From: an uncultured cyanobacterium
GTDB taxonomy: Bacteria; Cyanobacteriota; Cyanobacteriia; PCC-6307; Cyanobiaceae
Reading direction: 5' to 3'
Assembly (NCBI GenBank): GCA_963765575.1
Contig: CAVXWZ010000008.1
Span: 96,001-160,000, forward strand
Length of the DNA: 64,000 bases
Shown one piece after another: positions 20,379-29,886 of the stretch. A program made the translations under genes and the position numbers. Under the pieces are notes generated by a model. The model was not told the DNA's origin, did not search any database, and saw only the letters and a program-made list of their open reading frames with translations. Numbering within the stretch: position 1 is the stretch's first letter; each line of letters starts with the position of its first letter.

Positions 20379-22232
20379 ATGCGCGTCTCCCGCCTGATGC
20401 TGGTGACGCTGCGGGACGATCCGGCCGAAGCCGAGATCCCCTCCCACAAACTGCTGCTGCGGGCCGGCTACATCCGGAGGGTGGCACCGGGAATTTTTGC
20501 CTATCTGCCCCTGATGTGGCGGGTGCTGCGCAAGGTCTCACGGGTGGTGCGCCAGGAGATGGATGCGGCCGGCGGCCTTGAGACCCTGCTGCCCCAGCTG
20601 CAGCCCGCAGACCTCTGGCGGCGAAGCGGCCGCTGGGCCGGCTACACCGCCGGCGAGGGCATCATGTTTCACCTCGAGGATCGCCAGGGGCGGGAGCTGG
20701 GCCTGGGGCCCACCCACGAGGAGGTGATCACTGCTCTGGCCAGCGATCTGCTGCGCTCCTACCGGCAGCTGCCGGTGAATCTCTATCAGATTCAGACCAA
20801 ATTCCGCGATGAGATCCGTCCCCGCTTCGGCCTGATGCGGGGACGGGAATTCATCATGAAGGATGCCTATTCCTTCCACGCCGATGAGGCCTGCCTGGCC
20901 GACACCTACCAGGCCATGGACCGGGCCTACCGGCGCATCTTCGCCCGCTGCGGCCTGCGCACCGTGGCGGTGGAGGCCGACAGCGGCGCCATCGGTGGTT
21001 CAGCCAGCCAGGAGTTCATGGTCACCGCCGAGGCTGGCGAGGACCTGATCCTGACCAGCGGCGACGGCCGCTATGCAGCCAACCAGGAGCGGGCCGAGTC
21101 GCTGGCGCCCGAGGCCATCCCCTTGCCGGGCGGGCGCCGGGCGGCTGGAGCCGGTGAGATCCTCTCCACCCCCGCCGAGGCGAGCATCGAGCAGCTCTGC
21201 CGCGGCCAGGCCCTCGAGCCCAGCCAGCTTGTCAAGGTGCTGCTGCTGCTGGCCCGCTTCGAGGACGGCAGCGACCAGCCCCTGCTGGTGTCCCTGCGCG
21301 GGGATCAGCAACTCAACGAGGTGAAGCTCACCAATGCTTTGGCCAGCCGCCTTGGGGAGCGCCACGGGGCGGTGCTGGAGCTCATGCCCATCACCCCCGA
21401 ACTGCTCCAGGGCCAGGGGCTGGAGCCCCTGCCCTTCGGCTTCCTCGGCCCCCAGCTCGGGGATGGCGTGCTGGCCGGCTGCCGCAGCTGGGCCAGCACC
21501 TTCCTGCGCCTGACGGACCACAGCGCCGCCGACCTGGAGGCCTTCGTGTGTGGAGCCAACCAGCGCGATCAGCATCTGCTGGGTGCCAGCTGGAGTGGCC
21601 TGGGCGCCGCCGGGGCAGCAGGCCTGGAGGCGCTTGACCTGCGCTCCGCCCAGCCGGGAGACCGCTGTTGCCATGACCCCGCCCAGCAGCTGCAAGCCAG
21701 CCGGGGCATCGAGGTGGGTCACATTTTTCAGTTGGGCCGCAAGTACTCCCAGGCCATGGAGGCCTGTTTCACCAGCGAGGCCGGCAGCAGTGAGCCCTTC
21801 TGGATGGGCTGCTACGGCATCGGTGTGTCGCGGCTGGCCCAGGCGGCCGTGGAGCAGCACCATGACGCCAACGGCATCCGCTGGCCCCTGGCGATTGCCC
21901 CCTTCGAGGTGCTGGTGGTGCCCGCCAACGGGGCCGATGCGGCCCAGGCGGCCCTGGCGGAGCAGCTCTACGGGCAGCTGCAGCAGGCCGGCGTCGAGAC
22001 GCTGCTTGACGATCGAGCCGAGCGGGCGGGGGTGAAGTTCAAGGACGGCGATCTGATCGGCATCCCCTGGCGGGTGGTGGTTGGTCGTGGGGCGGCAGCG
22101 GGCCGCATCGAGCTGGTGGACCGCTGCGCCCCAGGGCCGCGGGAGCTGCCGGCTGCCGATCTGGTGCAGCAGCTGCTGCCGCTCATCCAGCAGCAGCGGC
22201 GGGGACTGCCAGCAGCAGCGGGGACTGCCTGA
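20379..22232 (+). CDS. proS: Proline--tRNA ligase
   Basis: SHKLLLRAGYI, LGPTHEE, KFRDEIRPRFGLMRGREFIMKD, IEVGHIFQLG, MGCYGIGVSR. Confidence 0.98.
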   Translation: MRVSRLMLVTLRDDPAEAEIPSHKLLLRAGYIRRVAPGIFAYLPLMWRVLRKVSRVVRQEMDAAGGLETLLPQLQPADLWRRSGRWAGYTAGEGIMFHLEDRQGRELGLGPTHEEVITALASDLLRSYRQLPVNLYQIQTKFRDEIRPRFGLMRGREFIMKDAYSFHADEACLADTYQAMDRAYRRIFARCGLRTVAVEADSGAIGGSASQEFMVTAEAGEDLILTSGDGRYAANQERAESLAPEAIPLPGGRRAAGAGEILSTPAEASIEQLCRGQALEPSQLVKVLLLLARFEDGSDQPLLVSLRGDQQLNEVKLTNALASRLGERHGAVLELMPITPELLQGQGLEPLPFGFLGPQLGDGVLAGCRSWASTFLRLTDHSAADLEAFVCGANQRDQHLLGASWSGLGAAGAAGLEALDLRSAQPGDRCCHDPAQQLQASRGIEVGHIFQLGRKYSQAMEACFTSEAGSSEPFWMGCYGIGVSRLAQAAVEQHHDANGIRWPLAIAPFEVLVVPANGADAAQAALAEQLYGQLQQAGVETLLDDRAERAGVKFKDGDLIGIPWRVVVGRGAAAGRIELVDRCAPGPRELPAADLVQQLLPLIQQQRRGLPAAAGTA

Positions 22233-22327
22233 GGCCTGACTGCTGCCACCACCGCGGCCCTGCGGCTGGGCTGCCGGAAGAGCGATTCCGCGCCGTCCTT
22301 AAGATCCGACTTCCTGCAAGCGCTGCC

Positions 22328-22762
22328 ATGGCTCCCGCCTTCTCCCCCTCGCTCCAGTGGTGGCGAGAGCGCTGGGGGCGCGCCCTGGCGGCACTGGCAC
22401 TGGTGGGTTGCCTGCTGCTGGGTGCCTGCAGTGCCAGCAGTTCCGGCCTCACGGGCAGCTATGTCGACGACACCGTCGCAGTGGCCGACAGCCTGATCAC
22501 CACCGTGGCCCTGGCCGCCGACGACCCGGACCGCAGCGACGCCGAGACCGCAGCCCGCAACCTGATCATCGACTACATGGCCCGCTACCGCCCGCGGCCT
22601 TCCGTGAATGGCCTGGCCTCCTTCACCACCATGCAGACCGCCCTCAACTCCATCGCCGGTCACTACGCCAACTACCCCAACCGCCCGCTGCCGGAGGCGC
22701 TGCGTGAGCGCGTCACCAAGGAACTGCAGAAGGCTGAGCGGGGTGTGACGCGGGGAGCTTGA
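22328..22762 (+). CDS. psb27: Photosystem II assembly lipoprotein Psb27
   Basis: Lipobox LGAC, LTGSYVDDT, SFTTMQTALNSIAGHY, RPLP. Confidence 0.95.
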   Translation: MAPAFSPSLQWWRERWGRALAALALVGCLLLGACSASSSGLTGSYVDDTVAVADSLITTVALAADDPDRSDAETAARNLIIDYMARYRPRPSVNGLASFTTMQTALNSIAGHYANYPNRPLPEALRERVTKELQKAERGVTRGA

Positions 22763-22858
22763 GGCCCGCGTCCATCGCGGCGCGGCCACCACCCTTTACG
22801 AACTCCCCTGCTGGGTGAGAGGCTCTTCGCTTGTGTTCACAAACGGCTTCAGGCCGTC

Positions 22859-24178
22859 GTGTCCTTGGCCAACGTCGTCGTCATCGGTGCACAGTGGGGT
22901 GACGAGGGCAAAGGCAAGGTCACCGATCTGCTCAGCCGATCCGCCGACGTGGTGGTGCGCTACCAGGGCGGGGTGAATGCCGGCCACACGATCGTGGTGG
23001 ACGACCGGGTGCTGAAGCTGCACCTGATCCCCTCCGGCATCCTCTATCCCGACACCATCTGCCTGATCGGTTCGGGCACGGTGGTGGATCCGCGGGTGAT
23101 GCTCACCGAGCTGGACATGCTCCAGGACCTCGGTATCGAGGTAGGCGGGCTGAAGCTGGCCTCCACCGCCCACGTGACCATGCCCTACCACCGCCTGCTG
23201 GACCAGGCGATGGAGAGGCGTCGCGGCGATCGGCGCATCGGCACCACGGGCCGTGGCATCGGCCCCACCTATGCCGACAAGTCGGAACGCAACGGCATCC
23301 GCATCATCGACCTGCTGGCTGAGCAGCGCCTGCGCGAGCGCCTCGCCGGCCCGCTGGCCGAGAAGAACGAAATCCTGCAGAAGCTCTACGGCCTCGATCC
23401 GATCGACTTCGACCAGGTGGTGGCGGAGTACGTGGCCTACGGCCAGCGCCTGGCCCCCCACGTGGTCGACTGCACCCGCACCATTCACGAAGCCGCCCGG
23501 GCCCGCCAGAACATCCTGTTTGAGGGGGCCCAGGGCACGTTGCTGGACCTCGATCACGGCACCTACCCCTACGTCACCTCGTCCAACCCGGTGAGCGGCG
23601 GCGCCTGCATCGGCGCCGGCGTGGGCCCCACCCTGATCGACCGGGTGATCGGCGTGGCCAAGGCCTACACCACCCGTGTGGGCGAAGGGCCCTTCCCCAC
23701 CGAGCTGGAGGGCAGCATCAACGATCACCTCTGTGATCGCGGTGGCGAGTACGGCACCACGACAGGCCGGCGGCGGCGCTGCGGCTGGTTTGACGGGGTC
23801 ATCGGCCGCTACGCGGTGCAGGTCAACGGCCTCGACTGCCTGGCGATCACCAAGCTGGACGTGCTCGATGAGCTGGATGCCATCGAGGTGTGCGTGGCCT
23901 ATGAGCTCGATGGTCAGCGCATCGAGCATTTCCCCAGCAGTGCCGAGGACTTCGCCCGCTGCCGGCCGATCTATGAATCACTCCCCGGCTGGCAGACCTC
24001 CACGGCCCACTGCCGCACGCTGGCGGATCTGCCGGCCACGGCGATGAGCTATCTGCGCTTTCTGGCCGAGCTGATGGAGGTGCCGATCGCGATCGTGTCC
24101 CTCGGTGCCGGCCGCGATCAGACGATCGTGGTGGAGGATCCGATCCACGGCCCCAAGCGGGCCCTGCTGAGCACCTGA
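22859..24178 (+). CDS. purA: Adenylosuccinate synthetase
   Basis: [43 protein letters not shown]. Confidence 0.98.
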   Translation: MSLANVVVIGAQWGDEGKGKVTDLLSRSADVVVRYQGGVNAGHTIVVDDRVLKLHLIPSGILYPDTICLIGSGTVVDPRVMLTELDMLQDLGIEVGGLKLASTAHVTMPYHRLLDQAMERRRGDRRIGTTGRGIGPTYADKSERNGIRIIDLLAEQRLRERLAGPLAEKNEILQKLYGLDPIDFDQVVAEYVAYGQRLAPHVVDCTRTIHEAARARQNILFEGAQGTLLDLDHGTYPYVTSSNPVSGGACIGAGVGPTLIDRVIGVAKAYTTRVGEGPFPTELEGSINDHLCDRGGEYGTTTGRRRRCGWFDGVIGRYAVQVNGLDCLAITKLDVLDELDAIEVCVAYELDGQRIEHFPSSAEDFARCRPIYESLPGWQTSTAHCRTLADLPATAMSYLRFLAELMEVPIAIVSLGAGRDQTIVVEDPIHGPKRALLST

Positions 24179-25237
24179 ATGGCCACCACCGCAGCCTCCG
24201 GCTTGCCGAACCAGTCCCCCGACCAGTCCCTCGATGTCGTCGCCATCGGCAACGCCATTGTCGATGTGCTCGTGCAGGTGGAGGATCGCTTCCTCGATGC
24301 CCACGGCCTCAGCAAGGGCACCATGACCCTGCTGGATGCGCAGCAGGCCAGGCGGCTCTACGACAGCATCGGCCCAGGCCTGGAAACCTCCGGTGGCTCG
24401 GCGGCCAACACCCTGGCGGGCATCGCCCAGCTGGGGGGGCGGGCCGGCTTCATCGGCCGGGTGCGGGACGACCAGCTCGGCGACATCTTCAGCCACGACA
24501 TCCGCTCGGTGGGGGCCCGCTATGAAACCCCACCGGCCACGGCCGGAGCCGGCACGGCCCGTTGCCTGATCCTGGTGACGCCGGATGCCCAGCGCACCAT
24601 GGGCACCTATCTGGGGGCTTCGGTGGGGCTGGATCCGGAGGATCTGGATCTGGAGATGGTGGCCCGGGCCCGGGTGCTCTACCTGGAGGGGTATCTCTGG
24701 GACAGCGAGGCGGCCAAGCGTGCCTTCATCGCCGCCGCGGAGGTGGCGCGGGCCCACGGCGGCGAGGTGGCCCTGAGCCTCTCCGATGCCTTCTGTGTGG
24801 AGCGGCACCGTGAGAGTTTCCTGGAGCTGGTCGACGGCCACGTCGATCTGCTGTTCGCCAACGAGATGGAGATCACCTCCCTCTACCGCGCCAACAGCTT
24901 CGCCGAGGCGGTGGAGCAGGTGCGCGGCCGCTGCCGGGTGGCGGCCCTGACCCGCAGTGAGGCGGGCTCGCTGGTGCTGGGCGCTGGCCAGAGCCACCTG
25001 ATCGAGCCGGTGAACCTGGGGGATCTGGTGGACACCACCGGCGCCGGCGATCTCTACGCCGCCGGCTTCCTCTTCGCCTACACCCGGGGCCTGGATCTGC
25101 AGACCTGCGGTCGGCTGGGATCGCTCTGCGCCGGCCAGGTGGTGACCCAGCTCGGGCCCCGCTGCCAGGTGGATCTGCTCGCGCTGGCCCGCCGTCAGCC
25201 TGGCCTGGAGCAGCTCTCCGCCAGCCAGGCCCCGTAG
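24179..25237 (+). CDS. PfkB-family carbohydrate/adenosine kinase
   Basis: IGNAIVD, GGSAANT, FANEME, DTTGAGDLYAAGF. Confidence 0.92.
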   Translation: MATTAASGLPNQSPDQSLDVVAIGNAIVDVLVQVEDRFLDAHGLSKGTMTLLDAQQARRLYDSIGPGLETSGGSAANTLAGIAQLGGRAGFIGRVRDDQLGDIFSHDIRSVGARYETPPATAGAGTARCLILVTPDAQRTMGTYLGASVGLDPEDLDLEMVARARVLYLEGYLWDSEAAKRAFIAAAEVARAHGGEVALSLSDAFCVERHRESFLELVDGHVDLLFANEMEITSLYRANSFAEAVEQVRGRCRVAALTRSEAGSLVLGAGQSHLIEPVNLGDLVDTTGAGDLYAAGFLFAYTRGLDLQTCGRLGSLCAGQVVTQLGPRCQVDLLALARRQPGLEQLSASQAP

Positions 25238-25524
25238 CCGGCACTGCAGCGGGCCGGCCAGTGAATCCACTCCGGGGTGGAGTAGCTGTGCAGCTCCCGC
25301 ACCGCCTGCTCCAACTCCGGCAGGCGAGCGATCTGGGTCTTGATCAGCAGCTGGGTCTCCTCGCTGCGTTCCAGCGCCCCCTCCCAGCGGTAGAGCGAGA
25401 GCAGGGGACGCAGGGCGATGCAGGCCGCCAGGCGCCGCTCCAGCAGGGTTCTGGCCAGGGCTTCAGCCCGCTGCGGATCGGCTTCGGTGGTGAGCGCCAG
25501 CACCAGATCGACATCCCCGGGCAT
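25195..25524 (-). CDS. cutA: Divalent cation tolerance protein CutA
   Basis: LLERRLAAC, SLYRWEG, LLIKT, LHSYSTPE. Confidence 0.9.
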   Translation of the reverse strand: MPGDVDLVLALTTEADPQRAEALARTLLERRLAACIALRPLLSLYRWEGALERSEETQLLIKTQIARLPELEQAVRELHSYSTPEWIHWPARCSAGYGAWLAESCSRPG

Positions 25525-25538
25525 GGCGGCTGAACACG

Positions 25539-26369
25539 TCAACGGCTCCAGGCTGCCAGGGTCTGCAGCAACGCGGCGTAGTTGAGGCTGAGACCGGCCG
25601 GGCGGCGCTGCGGCCGGCGCAGGAGCAACAGCCGGCAGCCCTGGGCCGCAGCCAGACGGCGCCAGAGGGTTTCGGTGGGCGGCCCCGAGGCCCGCGCCAG
25701 GATCGCCTCGATGCGCCAGCGCCGCAGCAGGGCCGCCTCCACCGCCCCTGCCGGCAGGGCCGGATCCGGCCGGGGGTGCAGGGGAGCCAGCCGCTCCGCC
25801 GCCACACCCGCCGCCAGCGCCTGGCGCACGGCCTCCGGATTGGGCAGCACCCGGGCGTGATGCCGGGCGGCCGGGCTGCTGCGCAGCGCCAGGGCCAGAT
25901 GGCGCGAGCCGATCGCCAGCAGCAGCCGGGTGCCGGCCAGGGGGACGGCCGCCAGATCCGCCAGCTGCGTCAGACCCTGCACCTGCCCTGCCCCGCCGGG
26001 ATGGCGGTCGCTGCTGGGCGGGTTCGCCAGGCTGTCCCGCTCCAGGCACAGCAGCGTCACCGCGGCGGCGGCGCTGCCCTCCGCCAGTTCGAGGTGAAGG
26101 CGGCTGGCGAAGGGGTGGCTGGCATCCAGCACCGCCCGGAACGGCTCCCCCCGGCGCTCGGCCGCGAGCAGTTCCCCGGTGAGGCTGCTGGCGCCCCCCA
26201 ACGGTCCCACCCGCAGCTCCAGGGCCGGGTGCGGGCGATAGGCCCGGGCGGCGGCGGCGGTGACCACACTCACCCGCAGCCGCCAGCCGAGCTCGAGCAG
26301 GGCGGCAGCCAGGGGCGGCCCTTCGCCGGTGCCGCTGAACAGCCACAGCCGCCGGACCTGCTGCGGCAT
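25539..26369 (-). CDS. cobK: Precorrin-6A/cobalt-precorrin-6A reductase
   Basis: FSGTGEG, LDASHPFA, LAIGSRHL, ARVLP, LLRRP. Confidence 0.88.
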   Translation of the reverse strand: MPQQVRRLWLFSGTGEGPPLAAALLELGWRLRVSVVTAAAARAYRPHPALELRVGPLGGASSLTGELLAAERRGEPFRAVLDASHPFASRLHLELAEGSAAAAVTLLCLERDSLANPPSSDRHPGGAGQVQGLTQLADLAAVPLAGTRLLLAIGSRHLALALRSSPAARHHARVLPNPEAVRQALAAGVAAERLAPLHPRPDPALPAGAVEAALLRRWRIEAILARASGPPTETLWRRLAAAQGCRLLLLRRPQRRPAGLSLNYAALLQTLAAWSR

Positions 26370-26416
26370 TGGGGTGCTGTGCATCAAGATGGGCGGCGTT
26401 GCGTGGGTCAGCGGCC

Positions 26417-26914
26417 GTGAATCACTGTCTTCTGGAGGTCGACGTGCTGGAGGCTCCCCAGCTCCGCTTCACCCAGGACAACCAGACACCGGTGGCCGAA
26501 ATGCTCGTGCAGGTGGAGGGACTGCGTCCCGATGATCCCCCGGGCCAGCTGAAGGTGGTGGGCTGGGGCAACCTGGCCCAGGATCTGCAGAACCGCGTCC
26601 AGCCCGGTCAGCGCCTGGTGCTCGAGGGCCGCCTGCGCATGAGCACCGTGACCCGCCAGGACGGCATCAAGGAGAAGCGGACTGAATTCACCCTCTCGCG
26701 GCTGCATCCGCTCACGGCCGCAGCCCCTGGTCCGCTCAGGGCCGCAGCCCCTGGTCGAGGTCCTGGTCCAGCCCCGACACCAGCAGCTCCCCCCTCCCGG
26801 GTGATCCCCGCCCGGGTGGCCCCGGATGGCGGGGCAGCCGCCGAGGCGCCGAGCTGGAACACGGCTCCACTGGTGCCGGATCTGGCCGATGGCGACGACG
26901 AGATCCCCTTCTGA
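26417..26914 (+). CDS. ssb: Single-stranded DNA-binding protein
   Basis: PQLRFTQD, VVGWGNLA, LEGRLRM, acidic DDEIPF tail. Confidence 0.9.
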   Translation: MNHCLLEVDVLEAPQLRFTQDNQTPVAEMLVQVEGLRPDDPPGQLKVVGWGNLAQDLQNRVQPGQRLVLEGRLRMSTVTRQDGIKEKRTEFTLSRLHPLTAAAPGPLRAAAPGRGPGPAPTPAAPPSRVIPARVAPDGGAAAEAPSWNTAPLVPDLADGDDEIPF

Positions 26915-26951
26915 GCCCATCGCGTTGGCTGCCGAGCCGACCGCCCAGTCC

Positions 26952-27146
26952 TCAGCCCTGGGCTTCGGGCCGTTCCCCGATCCGGTCCAGCAGTTCCCCC
27001 AGCTCCCGCTCCAGGGCCGCCAGGTCCAGGCGCCAGCTCGGCCAGGCGCCGCTGTCGATGTGCCGCAGCAGCCAGAGGCGGTCGGCCTGGAGCTGACGCA
27101 CCAGTTCAGCCACGCTGGGCGCCGGATCTGCGGTCGCGTCGGCCAT
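26952..27146 (-). CDS. Small hypothetical protein
   Basis: 64-aa helical ORF (LQADRLWLLRHIDSGAW..RLDLAALEREL) filling the gap between ssb and the next gene. Confidence 0.65.
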   Translation of the reverse strand: MADATADPAPSVAELVRQLQADRLWLLRHIDSGAWPSWRLDLAALERELGELLDRIGERPEAQG

Positions 27147-27168
27147 GGGCATACAGGAGGATGGGCCC

Positions 27169-27792
27169 ATGCAAGCACTTCTCTCTCCGGGCAGCCTGGT
27201 GACCATCGCCGGGGCGTCGCTGTCGGTGATCGGCTGGATCGGCTATGCCACGGGCAATCCCAACCTCAGCCTGCCCACGATCTTCTACGGCATCCCGATC
27301 CTGCTGGGGGGCCTGGCCCTGAAGTCGTCGGAGCTGCCACCGGTTGAGCGCCTCACCCCGCCCGCCGATTTCCGGGAGCTGCGCGAGCGACCCGAGAGCG
27401 AGCCGCTGCGCAAGCTGCTGGCCGATGTGCTGCGCTGGCGCTATGGCCAGAAGGCCCACCTGGAGAGCTCCCTGGAGGCGCTCAAGCTCTGGGACGAGGA
27501 CAAGCCACCGCAGCTGCGCAGCATCGAGGAATTGGCCTGCGACGGCGGCTACGGCCTGCGCCTGCGCTTCGCCTGTGGGGCTGTGCCCTACGAGCGCTGG
27601 CAGGAGCGGCAGGAGCGCCTCGGCCGCTTTTTCGGCAGTGGCCTGAGGGCTGAACTCGAATCACGCAAGCCTGGCGGTCTGCAGCTCAGCCTGCTGCCCA
27701 GCGCCGGCGCCACCCCCCCCTCCGGCGACCCGCTCCAGTCCGGCAGTCGCCGCCTGAACCCCAACCTCCCGATCCCGCCAGCACCGCCTTGA
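27169..27792 (+). CDS. DUF2854-type membrane protein
   Basis: Two N-terminal TMs, [35 protein letters not shown]. Confidence 0.8.
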   Translation: MQALLSPGSLVTIAGASLSVIGWIGYATGNPNLSLPTIFYGIPILLGGLALKSSELPPVERLTPPADFRELRERPESEPLRKLLADVLRWRYGQKAHLESSLEALKLWDEDKPPQLRSIEELACDGGYGLRLRFACGAVPYERWQERQERLGRFFGSGLRAELESRKPGGLQLSLLPSAGATPPSGDPLQSGSRRLNPNLPIPPAPP

Positions 27793-28685
27793 GCCCCGAT
27801 CCCGCCATCAGCCACACCGACGCCCTGCGCGTGTCGGTGCTCAGTGAGGCTCTGCCCTACATCCAGCGTTTTGCCGGCCGTCGCGTGGTGGTGAAGTACG
27901 GGGGGGCGGCCATGGCCCGGGCCGATCTGCGCGATGCGGTGTATCGCGATCTGGTGCTGCTCTCCTCGGTGGGGGTGCGGCCGGTGGTGGTGCATGGTGG
28001 CGGCCCGGAGATCAATGACTGGCTGGGACGGCTCAACATCCAGCCCGAGTTCCGCAACGGTCTGCGGGTCACCACCCCCGAAACCATGGACGTGGTGGAG
28101 ATGGTGCTGGTGGGCCGGGTCAACAAACACATCGTCAACGGCCTCAACCGGGTGGGCGGCCGGGCCGTCGGGCTCTGCGGCAGCGATGGCTCCCTGGTGG
28201 TCGCGCGCACCTATGACGACGGCAACCACGGCCTGGTGGGTGAGGTGCAGGCGGTGGATCCGGCCCTGCTCTACCCCCTGCTCGATGCCGGCTACATCCC
28301 GGTGATCTCCAGCGTGGCCGCCGACCGGGAGGGCCAGGCCCACAACATCAACGCCGACACGGTGGCCGGCGAACTGGCCGCCGCCCTGCAGGCCGAGAAG
28401 CTGATCCTGCTCACCGACACCCCGGGAATCCTGCGCGACCGCCACGACCCCGCTTCGCTGGTCCGCCAGCTGAGCCTGGCCGGCGCCCGTGACCTGATCG
28501 CCGGGGGAGTGGTGGAGGGCGGCATGACCCCCAAGACCGAGTGCTGCATCCGCGCCCTGGCCCAGGGGGTGGGGGCGGCCCACATCGTTGATGGGCGTGT
28601 GCCCCACGCCCTGTTGCTGGAGGTGTTTACCAATGCCGGCATCGGCACGATGGTGGTGGGCAGTGACCGCCAGCTGCGCCGCTGA
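27789..28685 (+). CDS. argB: Acetylglutamate kinase
   Basis: [40 protein letters not shown]. Confidence 0.97.
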   Translation: MSPDPAISHTDALRVSVLSEALPYIQRFAGRRVVVKYGGAAMARADLRDAVYRDLVLLSSVGVRPVVVHGGGPEINDWLGRLNIQPEFRNGLRVTTPETMDVVEMVLVGRVNKHIVNGLNRVGGRAVGLCGSDGSLVVARTYDDGNHGLVGEVQAVDPALLYPLLDAGYIPVISSVAADREGQAHNINADTVAGELAAALQAEKLILLTDTPGILRDRHDPASLVRQLSLAGARDLIAGGVVEGGMTPKTECCIRALAQGVGAAHIVDGRVPHALLLEVFTNAGIGTMVVGSDRQLRR

Positions 28686-28704
28686 GCGCACTGCTCTGCG
28701 CGCC

Positions 28705-29868
28705 ATGCCCCTCGATCCCTGCGCCGGCGATCCCGTGCCCGATCCCTCGCCCGATCCCTTCGCCAGTGCGCGTCAGGCCCTGGATCGGGGCGATTACGGC
28801 CAGGTGCTGCGCCTGCTGCAGCCGCTCGTCAGCCAGTACCCGCCGGCCACGCCGGAGGGAGGCAGCCTGCAGCTGCTGCTTGCCACCGCCTGCATGGGCC
28901 GCGGTGACAGCGCGGCGGCCGTGGCCTGCTGCCGCCAGGCCGGCTGCTGCGGCGATGCCACCCTGCGCCAGCAGGCCCGCGAGCTGCTGGAGGTGCTGGA
29001 GGCGCCTGCCCTCAGCCGACCGCGGGAGTGGTCGCTGAGCCTGCCGGAGCTGGGCGCGGTGGAGCCGCTCAGCGCAGCCCTGCGCCAGCGCCCCGGCGGC
29101 CATTCCACCGCCTCCCCGTCCCCAGAGCCGCCGCCGCCTGTGGGCCCCACCAGGGCCCCCGTGGGACTGGCGGTGTTGGTGGCGATCCTGCTGGTGATCA
29201 GCCTGCTGCTGGGGGGCTGCGTGCAGGTGCGCGCCGAGCTGCGCTTCGGGGCCCCCGGCCGGCTGCAGCTGGTGGAGCAGCTCAGCCCCGGGGAGGGCCA
29301 GCCCGCCGGCCCCTGGCAGCGCCAGTTCGCTGGTCAGCTGCAGACGCTGGGCCTGCGGCCACTCTCAGCCTCTGGCCCGGGCGCCGAGGTGGTGCGGCTG
29401 GAGGGGGCGATGCAACCGGCCGCCCTGGCCCTCGACACCCTCGCCAGCAGTGCCCAGGGTGCGGCGAAGCTGGCGGGCATGGTGTTGCCACCGCCGCAGC
29501 TGCACTGGCAGGAGCGCAACTGGCTGGTGGGGGTGCGTCAGCAGCTGGCCATCGACCTTGATCTGAGGGCCGCCGCCGGGGTCCCGGGCGTGGAGGTGAG
29601 CCTTGATCTCTTGCCCCTGTCGCCGCGGGCCGTGCGCCGCGCCCTGCCGGAGCCGGTGCAGGTGCTGCAGGCCCGGCCCACCCAGCCAGGGCCCCAGCTG
29701 CGCTGGCCCCTGCGGCTCGGTGAGCGCAACCAGCTGGAACTCTCCTGCTGGCGCTGGAGCCCCCTGGGACTGGGTGCTGTGGCGATCGCCCTGGTGCTGG
29801 TGCTGGTGCTGCTGCTCGCCAGGGTGCGCCAGCGGCTGGGCTTCGGCTGGCCGGAGTTGCCGGCCTGA
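28705..29868 (+). CDS. DUF3153-type membrane protein with N-terminal TPR-like helices
   Basis: ALDRGDYGQVL, APALSRPREWS, LLGGCV, ERNWLVGVRQ, CWRWSPLGLG. Confidence 0.7.
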   Translation: MPLDPCAGDPVPDPSPDPFASARQALDRGDYGQVLRLLQPLVSQYPPATPEGGSLQLLLATACMGRGDSAAAVACCRQAGCCGDATLRQQARELLEVLEAPALSRPREWSLSLPELGAVEPLSAALRQRPGGHSTASPSPEPPPPVGPTRAPVGLAVLVAILLVISLLLGGCVQVRAELRFGAPGRLQLVEQLSPGEGQPAGPWQRQFAGQLQTLGLRPLSASGPGAEVVRLEGAMQPAALALDTLASSAQGAAKLAGMVLPPPQLHWQERNWLVGVRQQLAIDLDLRAAAGVPGVEVSLDLLPLSPRAVRRALPEPVQVLQARPTQPGPQLRWPLRLGERNQLELSCWRWSPLGLGAVAIALVLVLVLLLARVRQRLGFGWPELPA

Positions 29869-29886
29869 GGGTCTGCCCCGCCCGGA

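Noticed and set aside
25195..25237. Convergent 3' overlaps of ~40 nt (also 14352-14392 and 48520-48563)
   Set aside because: Common in GC-rich compact genomes because stop codons are scarce.
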